DNA of 64,000 nucleotides from Chrysomallon squamiferum (taxonomy: Eukaryota > Animalia > Mollusca). Shown one piece after another: positions 1 through 10,499 of the stretch. The first letter of the stretch is position 1, and every line of letters begins with the position of its first letter. The stretch spans positions 4,650,001-4,714,000 of the forward strand of contig CM022666.1 of assembly GCA_012295275.1 (NCBI GenBank). The letters are read 5' to 3'. The notes below the pieces were generated by a model. The model saw only the letters and a program-made list of their open reading frames with translations. It did not search any database and had not been told where the DNA came from. The position numbers were made by a program, and so were the translations under genes.

Positions 1-39
1 GTCAAGATGTTTAATAAATACTGTGTGTGTGTATGAAAA

Positions 40-43
<4 letters not shown>

Positions 44-124
<81 letters not shown>
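44..124. repeat. (CT)n microsatellite; many others, e.g. (TTA)n ~530-605, (AG)n 964-1063, poly-T ~2966-3006, (TAC)n ~4810-4930, (CA)n(GA)n ~11487-11627 and ~16201-16333, (CT)n ~19881-19952 and ~38710-38784, (AG)n ~39584-39687
   Basis: Directly visible simple repeats. Confidence 0.98.
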
Positions 125-127
<3 letters not shown>

Positions 128-368
128 AAACTTACAAAAGTCGAGAATACCTGAAAACTATTTAACACAAAGTTAAAACAAAACTTAGTTTTCAACACGA
201 TAACGTAGAGAATATCTCAGAGAGATTCAACTAACTGTAACAGAACTGATTATAATTATAAATACTCTACAGCTGATTTAGTCCACTATAAATACATAAA
301 TAAATAAATAAATAAATAAATAGGTAAAAGGCGAAGAAACGTATTGACTGTTCGATGTGTGTGTGTGC

Positions 369-401
<33 letters not shown>

Positions 402-544
402 CGTGCCTCTGTGTGAGATGGAGAGTCAGAGTACGAGAAAGATACGAAAAGTTTTCAATCTGGAAAACAAACAGAGCAAATCTAAAGTTTTTAAGATCAT
501 ATCTTTATTTAATAAATTTTATTCAACATTATTATTAATATTAC

Positions 545-631
<87 letters not shown>

Positions 632-685
632 TTTTTGTTTTTATTTATTTTTTTTTTTTATATGATTTGTTGTTGTTTATTTCAG

Positions 686-968
686 AGGTTTTTTACGTAA
701 CTATTGGAATAGTTTCAGGAACAGTTGTGTTAGTTATAGACATTGGTATCTACTGCTGGTGGAATGTGTAAGTGTTGTTTAATCACAAGTTATTATATGT
801 ACATAAAGAGAATGAGCTGTGACCGGGCAGTGGTATCATATACTACTGTTTTTTTCACGATGAATGCTCTGATAATTTATGTGTAAATTATATCGTTATT
901 CTTAATAATAAATTGTACTTTCCTTATAAAACTGCAGACAATGTACGTAACAGACACACACGGAGAGA

Positions 969-1064
<96 letters not shown>

Positions 1065-1312
1065 ATACATATATACTAGTACTAATAAAGGGAGACAATT
1101 TACATAGATTACACAGAGAAACAACGGAACTGGGGAAAGACTGGATGGGCAGAGAAAGAGATAAAAATAAAAATAATTACCAATATTTTAAAATACGTTT
1201 AATATTTGTATTTCATTTAATCGAATTTTCTTAGTAGCTCCAAAGACATGTACTGAGTATTCACTATCATCATCACTATTCCTTTCTTCTTCTTCTTCTT
1301 CTTCTTCTTTTC

Positions 1313-1347
<35 letters not shown>

Positions 1348-1421
1348 TTTTATTTCTTTTTTTCAGAGAACTCTATCCGTCTGTTAGTTTTCGAAACTTT
1401 TCCTATGAAGCAAGCGTTTGA
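686..1421 (+). CDS. Gene Y fragment: putative TM exon 686-767 plus terminal exon 1367-1421 of a single-pass membrane protein
   Basis: ttcag|AG GTT...TGG AAT GT|gtaagt encodes VFYVTIGIVSGTVVLVIDIGIYCWWN; a phase-compatible tttcag| exon gives VELYPSVSFRNFSYEASV*. Conserved at 39308-39389/39944-39998. No 5' exons seen. Confidence 0.45.
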
Positions 1422-1553
1422 AGAAAAGAGGTGTGATAATCAGATAAATGACTGTAATATATTTTATTTTCCATTTAGTTATTAAAAAGTTATTTTTGTT
1501 GTACTGTTTATTTATTTATTATATACATCAATATTAAGTAGATTAAGCTATGC

Positions 1554-1595
<42 letters not shown>

Positions 1596-2959
1596 GAATT
1601 ATTCCTGGCTTTTTTTCAAAACAGAGTAGCGTGCGTTGTTTTCCGGAGTAGAATTTTATCTTACGATATATATCTATGTGGTCTTTAACAGTAAATATGG
1701 GGTCATATAACGGTTGATTAAAAATGTATTTAGTGACGTCGTTAAATTAAAAACTCAGTAATCATATTAATAAACTACGAGTAGTATAATAATTTACATA
1801 ATATTTACTACATTAGGACCAGCCAAGCGAATCCTGTAACCTATCACGTATTTTTGACAGCAGTGTGTAAATTTCATTCTACGTTGGTGATATTTCCATC
1901 TCATATAAACGTAAATACAACGTTCTTGACACTTCAGAGATAATAAAAACTGAAATTATTAAAACAATTCTTATTTAAAAAGCAGAGAACAACGTCTGAT
2001 GAAATGCATGATTATATATATAAATTATGTTAATTAATAACTTCCTGTCACTTTTCCGCGCATGCCTCTTTACAAATACTTGCAGATGTAGGATTAGTTT
2101 TAAGACAGTTTTTGTTTTTGGAGTGGACATGACTACATAAATATTGCTTCACAAAAAGTAGAGGCGTTACTTTCTTCTTATTCCCATAACTTTAAAATGC
2201 ACGAAATACTACTCCTTATGGGTTTGCTCAGACAGCCTGAAAACAGAACCGTTTTCGTTGGCTACGCTGTATTGGCTAAAACTGAGCGTTGAATCGGGCC
2301 TAAATATTAGTGAAACAAACCAGTTTTTCATACATTTTATTTACGGTTTGGACATAATTTTCCAAAAGATTTAAGGTCCTTGAAAACACTTCAAAACTTT
2401 CCAAGACTTTCCAAAACGCGTAGGAACTTGTATATAATAGTATAACATTCAGGTTATTCCAGTAAACAATCAGTATGTCAAGGTCACTGTATCAAAGAGA
2501 CGAAAGGGGAGCCATCACGTGATATAAATTTTAGCTTTGTTCAATACATGCGCATGGGTAGGACGCGCAATAGTGTATAGTGTTTTTATGTTGTCAAGTA
2601 GAACAGACACTGTCAGTGACAATGCTAATATGTAAAGTTATTCAACTTATTGGATAAAAAAAATTAAGATGGGTAAATGTGCATTGTGGAATATCTACAA
2701 ATTCATTTTATACACACGTACGTACTTTTATGTCAGTTTAGTTGATCTTTGCAGTTAACTGTATGACCTTATTCAGAGCAGAGGTCAGCTGGAATAATAC
2801 AGACAACAACACAAAAAAACAACGAATCTTACGACAAATATGTCACTTACTATCATACTGTGCGCGCACACACATATATACTCTTATACATTTTGATTTT
2901 ACTTTAATTTTAATCTTTTTAAAAAATTATTTGTTTAATTTTTACCATTGTTTTAATTA

Positions 2960-3012
<53 letters not shown>

Positions 3013-3865
3013 GTTGTTTTAGAAACTTTATTTATTACTGATTATGACGTAAAATTTATAGCCTGGATGGAAAGCTCAGTTCTAGAAGAATGTTATTTAT
3101 TATTTCTCAGAAACCTTGATCTTAAGAAACACACACATACACACACATTTTTAAAGCAGTCTTATGAATGGGTGCACTGTCTTGTAAATGGCGCTCGTGA
3201 CCTAGTTACTGCTTTGTTAATGAACAGACCTAAAAAATAATAATAATAAAAATTCAAAAAAGTATCGGTGTTCATATTCATTTTCAACAACAATAACAAC
3301 AACAACAACAACAAACAACAGATGTATTTATTTATATCAATAATAGTGCATTCATACTTTCTAAATCCGTCTATTAGTAATTCGGTTGACAACTTTACCT
3401 AGTGACCTGACAACTTATTTATAGCTTGGGTGGAAAGCCCAGTGTGTTGCAAAAATATCTTGTAATTTTGTAACTGCAAGCAAGTAACAGAAAAATTATC
3501 TATTACTTGTTAGTATTCATTCATGACTCTCGGGATCCAGTGATACAAATCAGTAATAATGTCTCATAGTACAGATAATGTGATAATATCTACAATAATA
3601 ATTAATATGCATGGCTTTGTGAATTTATAATAATAGTGTTTCATAGTACAGTAATAATAATGTCTCATAGTACAGAAGTACTGATTGAATGGGGCTTCCT
3701 GCGCTTCGTTGTTAATTACTCTTATTCAGTTCATGTATCGCCAGCAATTATGTAATCATTTTAAACCATATTCCAATAGCATAACTAATTATTAATGGAA
3801 AAATATAAAAATAAATTTAAAAAGGTTAGATATACCAACATCACACATCACAAAGACCACAAAAT

Positions 3866-3897
<32 letters not shown>

Positions 3898-4075
3898 ATT
3901 AATTATTTTAAAATACCCTACTTAAGAAAAAGAAAGATTCAAGTATGTCTAATATAAATGTTTCACGATAATGTTAAAAAAAAAAGGTTCGTTTTTATAT
4001 ACAAGTCCATAGGTACAGTGGGCGTACAGAAAATTATATATGAAACATGTTATAATTGGGCCTCTCGTAACAATT

Positions 4076-5060
4076 TTACAGCATATACAGGCCAAAGTAG
4101 GTTGTCTCAGGATCTCTCAAAATTCTGTTCACAACTGATGTTCTCACCACCACAGTGTCATTGGCTTTCAGGTAGTAAACAGCTCCAATGTAGGAAGGAA
4201 AAAAACCTTCCTGGTGTCTTCTTCGTACTTTGCATGTTGTTTGAGGATTTCTGTAGAGGACATCATAATTTGGATATTTTTCAATTGAGTGACACAGCCT
4301 AGCGTATTCTAGCTCTCTCATTTGGTTGGCATGGAATAAAACGTTGCTGTATATGAAGTAGTAAGCAGCGTGTTTGACTTGAATCCCGTCAGCGACAACA
4401 GCAGCAGCTCCTTTCACAAACGATCTTTTACCAGACGACGTCCATTTGATGAGAGGCTTCGGTGTGTCTGAAAAGTTTGTAAGAATAAATGACTTTTAAA
4501 TAATATTTTTATTTTAAATTGTCAACAGTTGTAGTTAGTATTACTAATATATTTCTATAACTACTACAACCTACTGCTATTAACTACTTCAGTACCATCA
4601 TTGATATTTTTACTACTAACGTGCTAATACTAATGTTATCACAGTTTCTTCTATTATTTCCTAACCACTACTAATAACTATGTGATTGCTACTACTACTT
4701 TTACCAACCAACTACTTTTACCCAGACCAACTACTACTATTACTTCTATTTTACTACTACCACATTTATTACCAAATCACCTCTTTTAACAGAGTACAAT
4801 TACTCTGCTACTAATACTACTACTACTACTACTTACTATTACTACTACTACTACTACTACTACTACTAGTACTACTACTACTACTACTACTATTACTACT
4901 ACTATTACTGCTACCACTGCTACTACTACTATTTGTTTTCTTTTTACTTTTGTCATATGTTGCATTCACTTCCATTTGTAGATGAGCCCATGTCTTTTCA
5001 CATTGTTTTCATTATTCAGATTGTATGCGACCTCTCTGATCTGTTTAAGTTTCTGTTCTG

Positions 5061-5107
<47 letters not shown>

Positions 5108-6086
5108 TATATACACATATAGACTACTGATACATGTATAAATATATAGATTCATACATACATACATAGATTCGTACACATTGTTTTTATTATCTGAATT
5201 CAAAAGATCAGCGACATCTCTGATCTGCTTTAGTTTTGATTCTGAAACACACACACATATAAATATACACTTGTACATGTTTACATACATAGACTGTACA
5301 CAAATATGCACGTACATACAAATACATAATTATAAAAACTTTTGTGGATATTTAAATATGTGTGCCTGAGTGTTTCTGTTTGTGTGTGGGTCTTTTTCTG
5401 TATGTTTGTCTGTCTGTGTTTGTGTATGTATGTATTTATGACTTTTTTTGTGTGTGCCTGTGTTTCTGCGACTTTGTGTTTTTACGTATGTCTGTGTGTG
5501 TGTATATGTGTGTCTGTATTAACTTACCACTTTTCTCAGCTTTTGTATGACTTTCACTCAGTTTCTAAAAAGAATGTTAATAACCAATTTGAAACTAGTC
5601 CACAATAATCAGTTTTAAATTTATAAATATTTTTCAGCACTATTAATTTCTCCTTTTCATAATTCAAATATTATTATTTCATTTATAGTGAATTTAACTT
5701 TTTTTTATTTTTATAGAGAATTTACCTTTTTCATAATTTCATATCTCCAGAAAACATTTTTTTTTTTTTTCTTCATTTAATGTATTTATGGAATATAAGT
5801 TTTTAGAATTAAATATGGAATTTACCTTTTTCATAATTTCACTGATCACTTTTTCTCCATCTCTGTAACAGCAATACGTGGTATTGTTCCTGGTTCTGTT
5901 CGTAGATTTGTCATCACAACAGTTTTCTCCTGGTTTGCACGAGATTTTCACACACAGTTCCTTGTCAAACAACAAGCTGGTTTCTCTGTTCAGAAATTCG
6001 TTTAATGTTACAGATACAATGAAACTGATGAGTATGAAGCTTAGTACCATAAGAGAAATGGCAATGACTGGACGAATTGGTACCAT
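4076..6086 (-). CDS. TNF superfamily ligand A1 (type II membrane, TNF homology domain); exons 6086-5826, 5564-5528, optional 5241-~5154, 5057-4948, 4467-4076; apparent +2 frameshift in exon 5057-4948, possibly a pseudogene
   Basis: Signal anchor MVPIRPVIAISLMVLSFILISFIVSVTL, Cys-rich stalk, AHL strand, then LIKW...DGIQV...YYFIYSNVLF...SYIGAVYYLKANDTVVV...TYFGLYML*, the canonical THD motif order; GT-AG sites at every junction. Confidence 0.9.
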
Positions 6087-6225
6087 TTTGTGTAACAACT
6101 TTTATTTCCTTCAGAAGTAGTCTGTAAAACATGACGAAAAGAAGAAAAAATGTTATTAGTAATAAATAATACCAAGATAAATACACACACACACACACAC
6201 GTACACAGTCTCAATATGCACACAC

Positions 6226-6442
6226 CTATACTGATTCTGCCACACTCGGAGTTACTCCCCCTACTCTCGTTATCTACAGAATCGCCAAACAAAGCCTCTG
6301 TTAAAATTTCTCTGGTTTGCTCTGTCTTGTTTGACTGGGCAGTTGAAATGTTTGTTATGAATATTTACAATTCTAATAGCTCAGCCCTCTTGGCTCTTTT
6401 GATAAACGTTACACTAGGATTGTTCAATGTATCTTAATCCAT
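6226..6442 (-). other. Upstream exon 0 of TNF-A1 (now probably 5' UTR; degenerate coding frame)
   Basis: Donor TATAG|gtgtgt at 6226 and acceptor ttttacag| at 6121; conserved at ~44766-44981 and, lacking the donor end, at ~19958-20171. Confidence 0.55.
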
Positions 6443-6617
6443 AATAATTTCTCCGTTTTGACTTATTTATTTTAATATCGTTATTATTTTGTTGTGTTGT
6501 GTTTTTTCAAGTGGATATAAATATAAATTAGCTGTCATTAAACTGAGAAAATACTCAATACATCTAAAGAAATAATTTCATAAGAATTTTAGAAAACGAA
6601 CCCAAAATTAATTATTT

Positions 6618-6705
6618 GAAAAATCCCGGACGAGAGCCCCAACTTTTATGTTCCTGTCACGTGGCTCACATCTTTAAACACCTTGTATGTTTTATTATGG
6701 CTCAG
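6618..6705. promoter_or_regulatory. Putative TNF-A promoter module: kB-like GGGATTTTTC (- strand), E-box GTCACGTGG, AP-1 position
   Basis: gaaaaatccc 6618-6627, gtcacgtgg 6656-6664; tggctca here versus TGACTCA at 20426, 45238 and 47139. Motif match only. Confidence 0.4.
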
Positions 6706-7644
6706 TCTAGGGTAACAATGTGTTTTACTGGCCACCTAACAAAGAATATAAATACTAAATTGACAGCAATCTATATAAATCAATAAGTCTATCTACTCAC
6801 TAGAGAAATAAACACAACAGTAGTTAAGGTTCACGTTAATTATTTAATTATGATATACAGGTGACTTGATAATAATACATTAAACAATCATGAAACATAT
6901 GTTTACGTAATTTTGATTAATGATACGAGTACGGTCATACGAGTACGGTCACAAATATAAAATTAGGTATATCGTCTGGTTCTTGAAACACTTCTGTAAA
7001 AATGTTTAGCCGGATGAAAAAAAAAAAAATAGCTGAGGTAATGTTCTCTTTATCCTTTCCTAAAACCTTGGCTAGTTGGTTTAGTGCAAAGACAGAAAAA
7101 ATCTGTCAAAGCTTGCCAGGTCCTCATTCTACATATCCGCTCTGTTTGCTGATATTGTATCGTCCTCGAAAGATCACGTCCAGGGCTGGTTTCCTCTCAG
7201 TGACAGAAATTCAAACTACCGTGAACGTTATTGTTTATAGATCGCAGCGTGATTTTCTGTGGCTGTTATTATTCTTACCTGCCAGCGCATGTGCTAGATA
7301 CTTATCGACCTTACCGCGATGTTTTGTTTTTTCAAGTTGATGTAATATCACTTAATATTATACAAGTGAAATTAGGGCGTGGAAAAATCCTAAACAGCAA
7401 AGTGAACTGGTACATTAAGGTGCCAGTGGCACGGATTCCATGCATTTTGTTTTGCCAAAATTTTCGATGTAATATCACTTAATATTATACAAGCTAGGGC
7501 CTGGAAAAATCCTATACATTGAACTGGAAAATTATTTTGCACATTTTCGATGTAATATCACTTAATATTACAGGTCGGTGTAATATCACTTAATATTATA
7601 TTATACACATGAAATTAGGACGTGCATAAATCCTAAACAGCATA

Positions 7645-7830
7645 GTGAAATTATAATTTTATATAAATATATATAAACCTATGAAATAAATGAAATAATC
7701 CTTTTATATAAATATTTATAATCAATGAAATAAATGAAATTATAATTTTATATAAATATATATTACCTATGAAATAAGTGAAATTATAATTTTATATAAA
7801 TAAATATAACCTATGAAATAAGTAAAACAT
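7645..7830. repeat. ~40-bp AT-rich minisatellite (aattataattttatataaatatatataacctatgaaataagtga); also ~21940-22140, ~47960-48190, ~57090-57603 and inverted ~61870-62000
   Basis: Visible tandem units. Confidence 0.85.
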
Positions 7831-8264
7831 TTACTTACCTAAATTAGGCTCAGTCTGTGTTCATAAAGGAGTGAAGCACGTCTACGCTCTTTGACAGGCT
7901 TCGTTGATTTTTATACCAGCTACTTTAAAAAGATCTTATCATATTCTCTCTACCAGCTCACTTGATCATTTTTGATTGGCTAAGAGGAAATGTCGTCTGA
8001 TTTATTTAAATTTATTGCTTAATGTTTCTTCTTCTGTCGTATTTAATTTTTCGCTATAGATTTCGTATAGTCATTTAATATACTATGAATATGTATGAAC
8101 AAAGTTATTATATGTATTTTTTTTGTCTGTTTGTATTGTTCATAAATAAGCTACATATTATAGTTGTTATTGCTATAATTGTTGTTGTAATAGTAGTAGT
8201 TGTTGTTATAGATGTGGTAGTAGTAGTAGTTGTTGTTGTTGTTGCGGCTGCTTTTGTCGTTATT

Positions 8265-8522
8265 GTTAAATAAAGAGTACAGCGTAATTTCTAGTCCTGT
8301 GTCAACTAAACCATAAACAACAAAAGGAAAACATGTAGTCTGTGTATCACACAGTGGAAAGTTCCAGCCCGGATTTGTCATCTTACACGTAATCAGAATA
8401 AATAAGTGTAATCATCCATTTATTATTACAGGGCCAGGTATAAAAAGTCTCAAAAATATCTACCTGTGACAGAAGAATCTTCTAGTTGTAAACGTTACTT
8501 GTATCATGACTGTTGATTCAGT
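8265..8522 (-). pseudogene. Decayed exon C (unidentified, weakly TNF-like); copies ~22605-22862, ~48700-48971, ~49540-49775, 61336-~61610 (+)
   Basis: ttcggcag| acceptor; consensus frame RINSHDTSDIYKWKILLSQGDISETFYIPGPVIINGSLHLFIPITCKMTNPGWNFPLCDTQTTCFPFVVYGLVDTGIEITLYSL; the 48.7-49.0 kb copy is open except for a stop near its start. Confidence 0.4.
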
Positions 8523-8568
8523 CTGCCGAATAAAAAAATAAATAAATGAATAAAGAAAGAAAGAAATA

Positions 8569-8620
<52 letters not shown>

Positions 8621-8649
8621 AATCACACTGCCAGAATCGGGAATAAACC

Positions 8650-9256
8650 GATTCAGTGGCTGGAAAAAAGTCACAATTTGTATATAAAAAAAAACGTATG
8701 AATTTATAGAGTATTGAATGTGGCATCATAGTCTACATGGGGTAATTGTTAAGCTTAGTGATTAGGTCAATTAGGTTAGATTAAAGAAAGAGGTTTCATA
8801 CTGTGCATTGACTTGGTCAATTAGGGTTAGATTAAATTAGGCAATTAAAGAAAGAGTCTTCATATTGTGCAGGGGTGATGCTTGGGTCCAGCTTACTGAT
8901 TAGGATAGATTTAAACTAAGAGCTTCCTATTGTAAATGATTTATAAAATGTTCCATGTTAAAATGTGTTTGACTATATATTCTCCAGCTTGCTCTAGTAT
9001 CAGAAGTATATTTAATATGGAAGTTATTCATAGCAATAAGGGTGATATCAAAATCTGTTATGAAGGGTTCGTGTATGCTGCGGCAGAATTTCTTCGTGAT
9101 ATCGGATGGAATATCAACATTAAAAACCATCAACACTAAAATAAAAATAAACATTAACAAAATACTTTGACAAAATGTGTTTAATCTATCTTTCATTGCT
9201 AATATATTTCTTAACTAAAATTTTGACAATTTTTCCTGTGTCTTTTTTCCGGGATT
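8650..9256 (+). mobile_element. Internally deleted Mutator-like (FLYWCH-MULE) DNA transposon; copies ~14090-14365, ~23340-23880, ~31198-31480, ~49780-50220, ~60778-61250 (-)
   Basis: MEVIHSNKGDIKICYEGFVY resembles a FLYWCH-MULE N-terminus and is fused to EFLRDIGWNI(RL), resembling the C-terminus. GGAAAAAAGTCACAA on the left is inverted to TTGTGA..TTTTTTCCTGTGAC-type repeats on the right. Confidence 0.65.
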
Positions 9257-9261
9257 AATTA

Positions 9262-9821
9262 CCACCTCGGAGTGCTAGGTGTTACTGACTCTTGTTGTTT
9301 ACCAGAAAGATCTGGCCACACACTTCCAGCTGCAAGGTTGGGAACACGTTGAGAAATAACGTGAGTCCTTTTTCATCAGAGATCCGAGATATTTTTATGT
9401 TTGGTTTTGTGAGGTAAGAACTGTTGAACAAATCCAGGGTAACGGTCGCTGTCCACTGAACGCACTGTGTAACTAGTTATGTAGATGTTTGCTCTTTTGA
9501 AATAATCCTTACGTGGTTGTTGCGACCGATTACAATTATTCTATCCGTCTATATGATTATTTACTGCTATATTGAATACAATTTTAAAAGTTTCTTGTGT
9601 TAGTTGTGTTCTAGTACAATAAAGGGTGTATACATATATATGTTTTCTTATTAGATTTTGCATGTGTTCATACTTTTGTTTAATAGATATTACCAGTGAA
9701 GTGATTTTTGTTTTTATGTTTGTCAGGCTTTGAATACTCACAGATCATTTTAGCATATTATTCTTTAGTACGAAGACACCAAGAAAATTTTGTTGCTTCC
9801 TACATTTGAGGTGTTGACTAC
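9262..9821 (-). pseudogene. Decayed exon B, putative divergent TNF-homology-like domain (U1 copy)
   Basis: ctttcag|GT AGT CAA CAC CTC gives (G)SQHLKC...NNMLK*SV...IYVYTLYC... and, after frameshifts, YLGSLMKKGLTLFLNV; stops and frameshifts present. Confidence 0.45.
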
Positions 9822-10001
9822 CTGAAAGTCAGTGACACTACGTATACACAAACACATACATTTTATAAATATATAGAAATTGTTCAATTAAATAAAAATG
9901 TTTATTATTATCTCAGCTCTATTCTGTTGAAGTTGAGCAGATTAGATTCACCACCTTGCGCATAAAACCGTGATAATACTACTGTTTTAATTTATTTATT
10001 A

Positions 10002-10043
<42 letters not shown>

Positions 10044-10499
10044 TATTTATTTATTAGTTTATTTATTATTGTTGTTCTTGTTGTTGCTAGTTAGTTCTTT
10101 TCATTATTACACATTATAGACACACACACACACACACACACACAGATCCATACCCAAACACACACACATATATATTATTTAAAATATTTTTGACACTGTA
10201 ATCGGATTCTTTGAATAGTTGCCAGTATTTTGAATAACAACATATTAACACTATGTTGTTGGCTTGTTTTTTCCTCCCAAGAAGATTTCCGAGAAGTAAT
10301 AAATATTCATTTTATTTATCAACGAATTATTAAACGGATTTAATTTTTTATTATTATATAGATAAATAAATTTGTTCCTGTTGTTAATGTTGTTGATAAT
10401 GAAAATGAACATCGATCACTTTTTTTTTTTTTTGTATAGCTAGCTTGATCCCGTTTTAAAGATATTTTCTTTTTACAAATTATATAAATAAAAATTTAA

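Larger units (their letters stand above)
1..6950. repeat. Segmental duplication, copy 1 (direct paralog of ~38627-45480)
   Basis: Colinear near-identical blocks: GTCAAGATG, (CT)n, (TG)n, TM exon, (AG)n, TNF-A exons and upstream region recur in the same order from 38627. Confidence 0.95.

Noticed and set aside
344-1124. ORFs with poly-L, SLSL, RERE and CVCV tracts (also 11415-11651, 12311-12588, 16128-16388, 34046-34261, 39010-39747)
   Set aside because: Translations of microsatellites; only 686-767 within them looks like a real exon.
3958-6437. Plus-strand ORFs 3958-4302, 5181-5369, 5878-6120, 6150-6437 and equivalents at 43-45 kb and 63715-63951
   Set aside because: Antisense shadows of TNF-A exons.
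8790-8920. TTAGG/TTAGGG motifs as an interstitial telomere
   Set aside because: Isolated, not arrayed, and inside the MULE-like relic.
8927-9196. Hydrophobic ORF MKDRLNTFCQSILLMFIFILVLMV
   Set aside because: Antisense to the MULE mini-ORF and its AT-rich tail; not conserved as an ORF in most copies.
10170-10300. LICCYSKYWQLF resembling the TNF-A CCY stalk
   Set aside because: No clear splice sites, and the same sequence occurs in non-coding context at ~41790-41890; probably coincidence.
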